From assembly GCF_009914755.1 (NCBI RefSeq), contig NC_060947.1: a DNA stretch of 64,000 bases; one strand, 5' to 3'. Position numbers and translations under genes: made by a program. Below are positions 42,834 through 57,110 of this stretch, piece by piece (within the stretch, counting starts at the first letter, position 1; every line of letters starts with the position of its first letter). Origin of the DNA: the human T2T-CHM13v2.0 reference genome, Homo sapiens. Under the pieces are notes generated by a model. That model was not told where the DNA came from. It ran no database searches and was given only the letters and a program-made list of their open reading frames with translations.

Positions 42834-45800
42834 GAAACAAATTTCCTTAACTTTTTCTTGTCTGAGAAGATTTTAATTTCTTTTTCACTTATAAAGCTTA
42901 GTTTGGTGAGATATAAAATTTTTGCTTGTAATTTCTTTTATTTAAGTACACTGAAAATAGGCCCCCAAACTCTTCTGGCTTATAAAGTTTCTGCTGAGAG
43001 GTCTGCTGCTGATGAGGTTCCCTCTGTATAACCCTTGACCGTTCTTTGTAGCTACTTTTAAGATTGTTTCTTCTGCATTAACCTTGGTTAAACTGATGAC
43101 TATATATCTTAGGAATGTTCACCTTGTATAGTATAAAGCTGGTGGACTCTGTATTTTTTGAATTTGCATGTCAACCTCTTAGTGAGAATTTTCCTGCACT
43201 ATATACCCAAATATATTTTCCAAATTACTTATTCTCTCTCCTCTCACAGGAATGCCAATTAGTTGTAGATTTGGTCACTTTACATAATTCCATGTTTCTC
43301 AGAGGTTTTAATCACTTTTAATGCTTTTTTATATTTGTCTGAGTTGCTTAAAAAAACTCTTCTTCAAACTGTGAGATTTCTTCCTCAGCTTGCTATATTT
43401 TGCTGTTAGTACTTCTGCTTGTATTATCAAACTCTTACAATGTCAACCATATCAGAGCAGTTTGAATCTTTCTTATAATGGCTATTTTGTCTTCCAGCCC
43501 TTGGATCCTTGTACTGGATTCCTTGAATTGAGTTTCAATATTCTCCTCAATCTCCATGAGTTTTCTTGCCATCCAGAGTCTGAATTCTCTGTCTGCCATT
43601 TCAGTCATTTCTGACTGGTTAAGAACCATTGCTGGGGATCTGGTGGACTTATTTGGAAGTTAAGAGAACACTCGTGGTTTTTAAATTGCCAGAGTTCTTA
43701 CATTGATTCTTTCTCATGTGGAAAGGTTGGTGTTCTTTTTACTGTATTTTGAGTATAGTTAGTTGGCTTCATTTCTGGATTTTTTAGAGGGCCTAAGCTC
43801 TGTGCAGGGTCTTTATTTATGGCTTCATTCTTGCCTTTGGTTTTACAAGGGACATATTAGCAAAATATTTTTGACCTTGTAGTTTGGGCTCTGATCCAGT
43901 AGATAGTGCTTAAGAGTAATGCATGGTAGATAAACTCTTACTCAGCCATGTGGCTCCATTGTATTTCCTTGTGTTTACAGCCATGCTTTGCAGTGCAGGG
44001 GACAGAGAGGTGACCTTCTCACTTAGTCCTCTCCTGGGCCTTGGGGGAGACCCCTCCAATCATTGGCACTGTGCCCACCTCTCTTTTGTGAGGTGTTCCA
44101 GAACTCTGGGATCCCTGGGAAGAAGCTGCAGAAGGGAAATAGGCCACAACCTTTCTGGGCTAACCCTGTGGAGGGATACATGGCTTGCTCCTGCTCTAGC
44201 CCATAAATTCATGCAACTCACCCCTCTCAATGCTCTGAGAGTATGGGCTCCTCTTCCTCTTGAGTGCTGTTCACTGGTCTCTGCTTGGCATTCCTGAGCT
44301 GTGAGTCACAGCCCTGGGGTACTGAGATCAGCTAGTGGCTCCATCCTCTCAACCCTCACAGTTAGGTTCTGGGTATGCTGAGAGATCTGAAATTCTCCCA
44401 GGCCACCAGGAATGTAATCAAGTGGAGAAGCACCCAGGCTTGGTAGCAGAGATTGTGCTGTGCACATGCTCCTGCAGGGTAGCTATAGAGGGGTCCTTTG
44501 AGAGGTTGTTGGGCAGGATAGGCTGCAGAACAGACATGCCACAGTTTTGTGGGGAAGTAGGCCTCATTTTCTTCTGGCCTGTTGGTCAGCTGGGGCTAGA
44601 GCGTTTCAGAGCGAGTTGGGGAACCCTAGGTGGTTGGCGTCTATAGCCATGCTTCCCCAGAGCTGTATAATACTTTAATTTTATGCTGATTGAAGCTCCA
44701 TGTCTTTCTACTCTCTGGGCTGATCCCCGTCAGCTCAAATGTCTATGGAGTATGTGGGACCCCTGTAGCCAGGATCCCTGTGGTCCACAGTGAGGGTGAA
44801 CAATCATATACTCCCTTTACTTGCCAGTTTCCCAGGAGGCATTTTGGGTCAGGAACTAGCCCCAGTGTTTGGGTACCCCACGTAGTGTTTCCAGCCTACT
44901 CCATCGTCAGCTTCAGCATCTACATCATGTCTCTACCCACTCATGGCATTTTCCCTCCAAATATCTGTCTAAATTTTGTTGTTTTACTCAAAACCTTGGT
45001 AGTCTCAGTAGGAGTGGCACTTCTGGCTGTATCTAGTTGGCCGTCTTGTCTTGTGTCTGACAGATTTTTGATGTAGGAAGTTTCAGGAAAGTGGGGAAGA
45101 TTTGTGATAGTCATTGTAGAGAAGTAGAGAAGCAAGCAGATTAGAGAACCTTAGTAGGATGGCTACTTAGTATTTGGGCTTCAGTTAAGGCTGGCAATGA
45201 TTATTTTTAGTGGTATCAACAGCCAAGTGTTGTTACTTTTTCCAATGTTGTTGCAAGAGTAGAGGAGGTGAAATGTACGTTTATCCACGGTTAGGATATT
45301 ACCAGATGTATGTGAAAGTGGGGAGATTAAAATAAAATAGTAGTTGAAGTGATGAGCCATATCAACTCTATAAGATAAGGACAGAGCTAAAAATTAAGAA
45401 GGAATTTGAGGGAGGACTAAGAATTTGAAGTTCCTGTAAGTTCAAAAAACAATAGTAGAAATAACAAATAAATGAATATACTAGAGTTTTCAAAAACTGG
45501 AATGATTTGGAGGAGAAATACTTTTGAGTGATGGTCCTCGTGTGTGATTGCACAAGTCAGTTGAAGTAGCCTATAGAAGAGATGAATTGGATGTCAAGAA
45601 AATGAGAGACAGGAATGTTGAACAGCTGATGTGTATGTACATAAAAGTTACATGGGATAACAGCAAAGCTTGGAATAACTAGAAGTCTGTACACCAGGTG
45701 CCTTTGCCTTGAATGAATAATTGGAAGAGGAAAGCTTGTGATGGGGAGATGTGTGAATACAATAAGAAGTGGGAGAAGATGGCTTGGTTAGAAGACATGA

Positions 45801-46223
45801 AGCTCACAAATAGAAAGATGTATTTTTAAAAATAAAATATGGATTAATAATATTTGGAAAGCAATTTTGTGAAGCTAGTAGAATATCAATCTCAATTCTA
45901 AAATCTGAATGGTGGAGGACTGTGGGTGTATGAAGAGCTTCCTTTTGAGATGAAAGACAGTGCTTCTAACAGAACTGGATTTACATTGGGACAGAAATTT
46001 ATGTTTAGTGAGTGGGACATTTGAATTAATGACTTTAGAAATGAAGCATATTTAGGTGATGACAATATTCAGCTTATGCCCTTAACAGTGGATGGCAAAA
46101 GGAAGGAATTTTTATATAAAACTAGGAGTTGAAGGAACTTAGAAACTAAGATGTTGAGTAGATTCCTGACACAAGAGAGTTCTTTTCCAGGATGTTAAAA
46201 AAATTCAGAGTAGAGAGGAATAG

Positions 46224-46349
46224 ATTGAACCAGTCTGTAGATGACAGTGACAAGGTGGCAGAATAGGAGGCACACAGATGGACATAATTGAACCAGTCTG
46301 TAGATGACAGTGACAAGGTGGCAGAATAGGAGGCACACAGATGGACATA
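46224..46349. repeat. Perfect 63-bp tandem duplication
   Basis: 46224-46286 is identical to 46287-46349. Confidence 0.98.
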
Positions 46350-46589
46350 ATAAGTCTCAAAGGAGCAAAAAAAATTTATATTATTATGGTAAGAAGAAAG
46401 GCCTTATTACACTCATAGGAAAGAAGAATGATGGATATCCCTTCCTACTCTGAAATAGATGAAGAGCCTCCACTTGAAAAGGGATATTACAACTCAAAAG
46501 GACACATATGCTTTAGTTAAGGCAGCTTGTGGAGAAAAGTGTTATTAATAATTTTGTATAAGTAACAGAGGGCATGGGGAAGGATTTGT

Positions 46590-47200
46590 AATGAATAGCT
46601 CTTATCTTTGAAATCCAGAACTATACATCTAAATATCTGGCTACCATCCTCACTTGGTTGTATGAAAAACAAATTGAGGTAAATGCATCAAATATTTAAT
46701 GAATGATCTTCTCTCCATACTTCCACTCCATCCCCAAATTCTATTTTTCTTGTACAGTGTTGTGTGTCTGTCATCATCTTTCATCTGAACTTCTGCCTTC
46801 TGATTTACCCTTATTTACATTACTCTCCCCACAATATTTCTTCACGTTGTAGTAGTGTGCTAATTATCAAAACTCAAATGTCTTGCTACTGCTCTGAGAA
46901 GCCAAAATTTAAAAATTATTATACAAAAGCCTGTATTTTCCAGCCCCTCACTATTTCCAAGGCTTCATTTAGTAATGTGCTTGGCTCCCTCTGCATCTTA
47001 GCCAAACTGGTCTTGTTTCGGTCTGTCAAATGTCATATTCCTCCTACTTTAAGTTTGCTCTTACCTGCAGTTTTATTCTTTCACAATGTTAGCCTCTTCC
47101 CTTATGCAACTTTTTGCCCTGTTATTTAGGATAGATCCTTTAAATCTCAGCTTAAGCATCAAGGACTGATTCACTAAGGCTACTTTGACAACATTTCTTA
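46590..47200 (+). mobile_element. L2 relic
   Basis: Pyrimidine-rich L2 3' region (atcctttaaatctcagcttaagcatc). Confidence 0.55.
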
Positions 47201-47560
47201 AACATGAAGGGGAAAACAATAAAGCTTCTTGGAGAACATAGGAGAATATCTTCATAGTTTTCATTCAAGAAAGAGGAAGCATTGCAGATCCTTGGGGGGA
47301 TTATTTTCAATTAGTAGAGCTGGAATAACTATGTATCTCTTGGGGAAAATCAAATAGGATACTTGCCTCACAATATACACATAAGAACATTCCAGGTATA
47401 AACAAATATATATGTATTTCATTTTAAGAGCATAGATGAAGACTTTCAAGAGGCTAGGGTAGTCAAACATTTCTGAAACAGAACAATAAAAGACAAGACT
47501 AACGAAATTTTAGCTCAACATCACCGATCATTAGAGAAATGTAAATCAAAACCACAGTGA

Positions 47561-48385
47561 TATGAACAGACACTTCTCAAAAGAAGACATTTATGCGGCC
47601 GACAAACACAGGGAAAAAAGCTCATCATTACTGAACATTAGATAAATGCAAATAAAAACGACTATAAGGTACCATCTCATGCTAGTCAGAATGGCTATTA
47701 TTAAAAAGTCAAGAAACAATAGATGCTGATGAAGCTGTGGAGAAGTAGGAACCCTTTCACACTGTTGGTGGGAATGTAAATTAGTTCAATCGTTGTGGAA
47801 GACAGTGTGGCAATTCCTCAAGGACCTAGAACCAGAAATACAATTTGACCCAGCAATCCCATTACTGGATATATACCCAAAGGATTATAAATTATTCTAC
47901 TATAAGGACACATGCACACATATGTTTATTGCAGCAGTATTTACAATAGCAATCACATGGTACCAATCCAAATGCTCAACAATGATAGACTGGATAAAGA
48001 AAACGTGTACATATACACCATGGAATACTATGCAGCCATAAAAAAGAATGAGATCATGTCCTTTGCAAGGACGTGGATAAAGCTGGAAGCCATCATCCTC
48101 GGCAAACTAACACAGGAACAGAAAACCAAACACCACATGTTCTCAATTGTGGGAGCCAAACAATGAGAACGCTGGGATACAGGGAAAGGAACAACACCCA
48201 CCAGGGTGGGTGGAGGGCAAGGGGAGGGAGAGCATTAGGACAAAGACCTAATGCATGCGGGGCTTAAAACCTATATGATGGGTTGATAGGTGCAGCAAAC
48301 CACCATGGCATATGTATAGCTATGTAACAAACCTGTGTGTTCTGTACATACATCCTGGAGCTTAAAGTAAAATTTTTTAAAAAAG
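47561..48385 (+). mobile_element. L1PA8-like 3' end inserted into an older L1M (about 47200-49035)
   Basis: WKTVWQFLKDLEPEIQFDPAIPLL frame and L1PA 3'UTR; older L1M 3' sequence continues to tatctcaataaaaa at ~49030. Confidence 0.88.
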
Positions 48386-49289
48386 TAAAAATAACAAGAG
48401 TTGGGAGAGATGTAGAGTAACTGGAAATCTTATACATTGCTGATAAGAATGCAAAATCTAGAGCCATATTAGAAAATAGTTTGGCAGTAAACGTACATCT
48501 ACTCAATGAGCCTGCAATCATATTCTGAATATATGCCCAAGAAAAATGATTGCATGGTTTCCCAAAGGATATGTACAAGTATATTCATGGTGGCTTAATT
48601 TATTATAGCTATAAACTGAAAATAATCCAAATGTGCAACAACAGTAGAATGTATAAATAGTTTAACATTCATATAATGAAAAGCTATGATAAAAATAATG
48701 GGTTACTGCTACATACAAAAACATGGATGTGACACAAACATAAAATCCAAACATAAAAACCAGACACAAAAGAATAAATATTGTATAACAGTTATACAAG
48801 CAAATGCTAGTCTGTCATGATAAAACAAGGAAAACTAATATATGGTGATAATTACAATAGTGGTGGCCTTGCATGAAGGAGAATGAGATGGTATTGACTA
48901 AGAAGGGACATGAAGACACCTTCTAGGATGCTAGAAATATTTTATCTCTTGCTCTTCTTGGTGGTTACATGGGTGTATAAATACAAGAAAATTAAGGTAT
49001 ACGTTAAGATTTCTGGATTTTACTGTTTACATGTTATATCTCAATAAAAATGTTAGAAAATACTCTCAAGAGCTTGTATTGGTGCATTATTAGAATTCTT
49101 GTAGAATGTAAGATTCATAAACCTAGGAATCTTGTCAATCTTATTCAGAAATGAATGAATCAATGTGAAAATAATTTGAAGGCACAATCAAGAGAAAAGC
49201 AGCCCAGGATATAAAGTTGAGAGAATTTGACAAGATATGGTCCTTGTACTGTTTGCAAATTTCAGATTATAACAGAATTCATTTCATAA

Positions 49290-49420
49290 ATTCCTATGCC
49301 CTATCCCAAAAAATTTTGATTTCATGTATCTGAGAGTATGGCCCAAGAATATGAGGTTTTAACAAATGCCCAAATGACTCTGATGTAGATAGTCTTAGAT
49401 TTGCATATTGAGAACATTTT
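49290..49420. mobile_element. MER5-like relic
   Basis: ggcccaagaatatgaggttttaacaaatgcccaaatgactctgatg. Confidence 0.6.
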
Positions 49421-49692
49421 TTAAAAATTATATTGTGAGAAGAGTCTAAAATTATGGAGGAAAAACTGCACTTAATAGGGACAGTCAAGCTTTGAGATAG
49501 AGTTGAGCACCCCTTTCACTCAGATCTTCAGCGATGCCCTCTAACGTGAACCTCACAGATAACTACTGATTGTGAAGAGATTTGGTGGCTACAGTTAATA
49601 CTAGCAGAAGGGCAAGCACAAATAGCTGGGGTCATCACACAAAATATGGGCTATAGGAAGTGTTTATTAAGAAGAATAAATAGATTGATTGG

Positions 49693-49737
49693 ATTGGAAC
49701 AGGTGTTATGGAAACAGGTGTTATTGGAACAGGTGTT
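49693..49737. repeat. 3 x 15-bp tandem repeat (attggaacaggtgtt)
   Basis: Units at 49693, 49708 and 49723. Confidence 0.95.
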
Positions 49738-52275
49738 TGGTGGCTGATTCCACCAAATCATTGCATTACCAAAGCATGCTTTCTTCCTACTTCAATTCTA
49801 TTTAAACTTTTTCTTTCTGCTCTCACTTCTTAATTTGTGTTAGTCTTCTTTGTTTACATGAGTAGCTTGGCCTTTAAATTATGAAATCCTTGATGGCAGA
49901 GGCTGTATCTTATTATTTTTAGTATTGTATGTTCCTAGTATGGAGTATGCACATAATAGTCCTCAACTGGTTTTCATTTAATGAGTAAATATTTGAATTT
50001 CATAGAGGCCAGAATTCAGAGAAAAGTGAGGTACCGAACGTAAGTTTCAGGGAATAGTATATACATACCAGGATATATGTGTGCATAGGAATGGTGAGAC
50101 AAGATGATCTGGGAAAGCTGAAAAACTTTTATGGCTTAGCAAGGTACATGTAGATACCTGCAATAACTGTCATATTAACAAAGGTCATCTCTGTGTATGT
50201 TGAGTATATCTCTTAGAGAGATGCAGAATTATGGTAGAGGCCACATTTTGATTTGTTATAGCATGGTATTAAGCATAATAAACAACTCAGAACAAAATGC
50301 TTATTTCCTACGAGTTATTAATTAGGCATTACACAACTGTGTGTTGTCAGTATCAAGTGTTTTTTGTCATTAGATTTCAAAATAATTTTTTATCTTGTTT
50401 CTGCTAGGGAATAAGTAAATTCAGTAACCATGAATATTTCAAAGTGCTTGTAATTAAAACTTAATGTGCTTGGCACAAAAACGTTTTTCAAAGATTGAGC
50501 CAATTTTTTGCTGATTCTGCTGTCAGTCTGCACCCATGCATGCTAACAGCTGGCTCATAAACACTGCATGGCATTGCTTCTCAGCTACTGTGTAAGTAAT
50601 TAAATCTTTTCTTGTATATCATCATTTATATTCAAGGCAAAGAGTCAAATGCTCATGTGGCGTTTTCTATTATGGTTTCCACTGGGGACAAAATAAGCTC
50701 ACCTGAAGATGGAGATAGGCATTTTTAACAAGTTGGGCTGTGACAAAATAGAATATGGCCTACTAGTGCTAAAAAGCAACATGATGGTTTTATTCACTTC
50801 CTGGTGAATCTAAGGGAAGGCCGAGCTGTGCAGAGTCCTTAGACATGTGGTGAGTGTTCATGTACAAACATAGAGTAGGATGGTGATGACCAATAATAGT
50901 GATATGTGCGGCAGCTAACAAACAAATGCAGGGGTTGTTTACTGTAACTCACTTGAGTCAAAGTCAAGGTAAATAGTCCCAAACTGTCTCCAATATAAAG
51001 GTCTTTCTTCATCAGCAAATTTAACACTAGATTTTAAACAGGGCGGAGAGGAGTATAATACAATAAATGAAAAAGTAATCTAGATGTAGATAGGTCTGGA
51101 ATATATCCTGAGGCATCCCTCAGGTGGAACGCAAACACCCGTGGTAGCTCTTCATGTCTTTGTAAAAGGACTTCCTTGTGTGATTAAAAGGAGAAATTTG
51201 GAACAGACAGATCACCTATCTTCAACCATGCAATGTGAAGAAAGACTAGATTCAGAGGTAACTATCAAAGTGCCCTGTTAGAAGCTTGCATGTATACTTA
51301 CAGAACTCCTCTCAGTTGTCATGTCTTTTCATTCTAAATGTTAACCACAGACGGTAGGAAAGCTACTGAGATGTATTTATTTCATAATCAAAGTGTTTAA
51401 GAAACACAGGCCTGAGCTATTATAATTTCCTCCAGCAGATGGAGACAGAAGTACTTGGGAGGAAGTGGGAACAATGGGACCCTGTCCTGCTTCCCTTTTC
51501 CTCATGGGTCTGCAACTTTGGCTGAGTTTACTGCTTTTTCTGAGCCTGCCTCTTGATCTCATTTATTGTACTCCTATCATTGAGCCACCAAATTAAAAGT
51601 ATTTCTTTCCGGTCTTGGTGCTCTGTTGATTACAAAGTTTCGTATCTGGAGAGCAGCTTTCATTAAATCATTTATAATAACAGTATACCAAGGTCCATTC
51701 AATTTACAGTGTGATATACAGTTCCTTTATTGTTTCTTCTACAATTTATAATTATTTTCTTTCAGGAGTGAAGGCTCAGGGTAAGGTGCAATAGTCTGCA
51801 ATTTTCTCTAATTCTCAGTATAGTAAGGTCTAGGTATACACTGATTTAATAGTCAATCAATTTTCATAATTATTCTAAATAGTCTTCTGAATTTGTAAAA
51901 CCAAAGTGTGAAGCCTTGACTTTTTCAGCCCTACTCAGCCACAGGGACTGTTTCATCAGATTGTAGGCTTTGTGCCACCAGGTGATGGGCCAACACTGGA
52001 AGATTTGTCCAAACTAGCAGAATATTAGGAACCCTATTTACATCATAGGCTGGAGTCTGAAACTGGTCTTGCTGTTCTGAGCACCGAAATATCTACCTCA
52101 CTATCAACACTGGGCATCTGCCATAATTCCTTTATAGCTGTTTAGTCTCCCTTTGGAGCTGTGTCCCCAAACTCTTTTCCATTTAGATTCAGCCCTATTT
52201 CTCCATCCAGCCCTTGCCAACGTCTCATCTAGTAGCTGGACCCTGTCTTCTATTCACAAGTGATGGCTTGGGTTC

Positions 52276-52617
52276 TGTATTAGTCTTTTCATGCTGCTGC
52301 TGATAAAGACATACCCAAGATGCGACAATTTACAAAAGAAAGAGGTTTATTGGACTCGCAATTCCACATGGCTGGGAGGCCTCACAATCATGGCAGAAGG
52401 TGAAAAGCACGTGTCACATGGTGGCAGACAAGAGAAGTGCTTGTGCAGGAAAACTCTCATTTTTAAAACCATCAGATCTTATGAGACCCATTCACTGTCA
52501 AGAGAACAGCATGGGAAAGACCCGCCCCTATGATTCAATTACTTCCCACTGGGTCCCTCCCACAATACATGGAAATTCAAGATGAGATTTGGATGGGGAC
52601 ACAGCCAAACCATATTA
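52276..52617 (-). mobile_element. THE1 (THE1B/C-like) MaLR solo LTR
   Basis: tgtattagtc..gctgataaagacataccc..ggggacacagccaaaccatatta; TSD ggttc at 52271-52275 / 52618-52622. Confidence 0.95.
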
Positions 52618-52719
52618 GGTTCTATGCCAAACAAGGCATTCCATTCTGAATTAAGACATTACCTCCTATTTAAATGCAGAGTATCTTATCTGTGGAAGAA
52701 TCTTATTCTTGTACCCTAC

Positions 52720-53360
52720 TGCACTAGCATGTGTCAGAGTTTTCCAGAGGGACATAACCAATAGGATAGGTAGATACATAGACAGACAGACAGACAGAGA
52801 GACAGATAGATATGAAAGGGATTGGCTCACACAATCACAAAGACAAAGTCCCAGGATTGGCTGTCTGCAAGCTGGAGAATGACAAAAGATGGTAGGATGG
52901 CTTCCAGAGCAGCTGGTAGTGTGGCTCAGTCCATGTCTGAAATCTCCAAACTAGTGAAGCTGACAGGGCAGCCTCCAGTCTGAGGCCGAAGATGTGAGAG
53001 GCCCAAGGAGGCCTCTGGGGCAAATCCTGGAGTCCAAACGCCAAAGAACCTGGAACCTGATGTCTATGGGCAGGAAAAGAAAAAGGGTTTCCTGCTCCTG
53101 AAGGGAGTGATAGTATGAAGAAAAGAATAAACCAATAAGCTGAAATGTCCTTCTTCTTCTGTCTGCTTTATTGTGGGAGTGTTCCCAGACTATTGGATGG
53201 TACCCACTCACATGGAGGGAGGATCCTCTTCTCATTCCACTGACTCACATTTCAGTCTCCTCTGGGAACATCCTCACAGACACATCCAGAAACAATGCTT
53301 CACTAGCCATCTAGTCATCTCTCAGTCTAGTCAAGTTGACACCTAATACTAACCATCACA
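52720..53360 (-). mobile_element. MLT2B-like ERVL solo LTR
   Basis: tcagagttttccagagggaca..(gaca/gata)n..gtcaagttgacacctaatactaaccatcaca. Confidence 0.88.
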
Positions 53361-54793
53361 CTTATTCACTACATTAAAAACTTTTTCAATATCATTATTT
53401 GTTCACATTACCCCTGACTTTACCATGTTTACAGAAGACTACATCCCTCAGAGACTAGCAGTAAAGTTGGGTTAAGCCCCCAAACTCTAACCCAGATAAT
53501 CTATTGCAACGTCTCCTTTCATTCTAGCATGTCAGGAGATTGGAATATGACACGGGAATTGTATTAGACTTTAAGATAAGTTCACTGATTTCCGAGAAAA
53601 ATAAAATTAGAAAAAAAATAACTCTTTCTTCTGTGTACACCAAGAAGACAAAGATGACATATTCACCAAGGTGAACAGCAGGGACAAGTTTGACGAAGCT
53701 GAAGGACTGTTATTTCCCAACTTTCCCAGTCTCAGCCCCAGCCCCACTTAGTTGCTCCCATTATACTTCCAAACTGTAGGTTTAGCCCCACTGACTTTTT
53801 TTGAGTTTATAATAATCTTACCTGGCAGAATATCAGGAATCAATTGAATGGAATCTAGAGGTGATAATGCTGTCTTCAGTCTGACATGCCATGTGCCTGG
53901 AAGTGTGTCTTGAATACATAAGTATTTGCTGCTTTACAGTCATCCATTGTTCTCCTTCATTTATGCTCAACCCATATTACAGCCTTCCATCTTTGTTTTC
54001 TCAATTTGTACTCTGAATTCCTAGAAATCTGTTCCAAACTCTAGTGTACTTCCTCATTAATAGAACCTCTATTAATCTCATGATCTCATGCTACCCAACT
54101 TCCCTCAAGAGTTAAATCGAGTTTCCTTTATGCCTAGTTCTTAGCCACACGCCCACACCCAACATCCAGAATGCATGCTGCTGTCACTGGTCTGACTCTC
54201 AGCAACATTACATCTCAAAAATGCCTACTGCCATGTCTTATCCGTCATATCAGTCCTTATTGACTAAAAACACACTGATTACTCTAGGCTGAGTTAAACA
54301 TCCCCATTGAATATCATGATCTAGATGCTTTAACTGTATCAGTGGCTAGCCCTGAAACCAAATTCATCCCAGTTCTGGTTCTAGGTTAACCCAGCTCCAT
54401 TCAAGTCTAGCTTTCTTTCCTTACCGTCTGGCCTGTCATTATCCACACCTAGGATTTTTTTATACCTAATCTTTTCTCACCAAAATAGGATAGTCTCTGG
54501 TAGTAGCAGACATTATCCATACCATGGGAATCCTTATCCCATACAGTTTGCTGGAAAATATAGTTGATATATTTTGATTATGCTTAAACAGGATTTTAGT
54601 GTCCTTTGTTTTTCTCTCTTTTTTAAGACAGTCAAAAAGGCTCCTTTTTTTCTCCTTTCACTATAGGCTCCACCACTCTGTATTGTCTTATAACTGGTCT
54701 GCCTTGCCCATTTAGCACAACTGCCTGGGGCTGAGGCGTGAAGGCTTATGACGAAACCTAATTTTGAGTAATGTTGAAGAAAAGAAAAAACCT

Positions 54794-55092
54794 GGCTGGG
54801 TGCGGTGGCTCATGCCTGCAATCCCAGCACTTTGGGAGGCCGAGGCAGGTGTATCACCTGAGCTCAGGAGTTCGAGACCAGCCTGGCCAACATGGTGAAC
54901 CCCATCTCTACTAAAAATACAAAAATTAGCTGGGCGTGCTGGTGGGTGCCTGTAATCCCAGCTACTCAGGAGGCTGAGGCAGGAGAAACTCTTGAACCCA
55001 GGAGGCAGAGGTTGCAGCGAGCCCAGATCGTGCCTTTGCACCGCAGCCTGGGCAATGAGAGCAAAACTCCGTCTAAGAAAAAAAAAAAAAAA
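54794..55092 (+). mobile_element. AluS (Sq-like)
   Basis: Full dimer with gggcaatgagagcaaaactcc; TSD approximately agaaaaacct. Confidence 0.93.
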
Positions 55093-55635
55093 CACAGAGA
55101 GAGAGAAAAACCTAAACTAAGCCTCTGAAGAAAGAGCAATTACAAAGGAAAATAATTAAGCTTTATTATTTATAAATTTTTCAATTTGATTGCAAATTGG
55201 CCTTATGTAATACAACATGCTAACATTAATCAACATTATATGGAATTAACAGACCATACATTTGAATTATAAGAATTTGTAGCAGGGGATATACCTCTAG
55301 TATAAAGTTCAAGAAGAATTATTTTGGACAATTTTTGAGAGAGTAAAAAGATCATGGTAGATGATTCTGATTATGATATAAAACTAAAAATATGAACTTG
55401 ATTCAGTCACATTTCATTTCTATGAACAACAATTGAGAGTCAAAGAAGTGGTTTAAGGACAGTGGTGGTCATATGTAGCATTGCTTTTATTTTATGGGAA
55501 ATGTAATCTTTGTGTTTCAACTATGGGAAAAAGATTGGTGCACCTATAAAAATTATGTATGAGACACACCAGACCAAATACATTAGCTCATCCCCAAACA
55601 TGTTATTTTCCTGTACTCATTCTGAATTCTTCTGA

Positions 55636-56911
<1,276 letters not shown>

Positions 56912-56946
56912 AAAATCTCTAAAATGCTTTTCATCTCTTCATCAAA

Positions 56947-57110
56947 TATATATATATATACACATATATGTGTATGTGTATATATAATCTTAACTCCTTA
57001 TATATATATATATATTCTTAATTCCTATGCATAAGATTTTATATCTATGTGTATGTGTACATACATGTGTATTTGTGTGTGTGTGTATGTATATGTATAA
57101 TCTTAACTCC
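56947..57110. repeat. Compound (TA)/(TG) low-complexity repeat with a recurring aatctt(t)aactcctt unit
   Basis: Directly visible. Confidence 0.8.

Larger units (their letters stand above)
38136..45058 (-). mobile_element. Near-full-length old L1 (L1PA16-like) with an internal deletion and nested insertions
   Basis: 3'UTR at 38136; ORF2 fragments ([11 protein letters not shown].., [17 protein letters not shown]); ORF1; 5' end caagacggccaactaga near 45046; degenerate TSD gacaga..ttttt. Confidence 0.88.
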
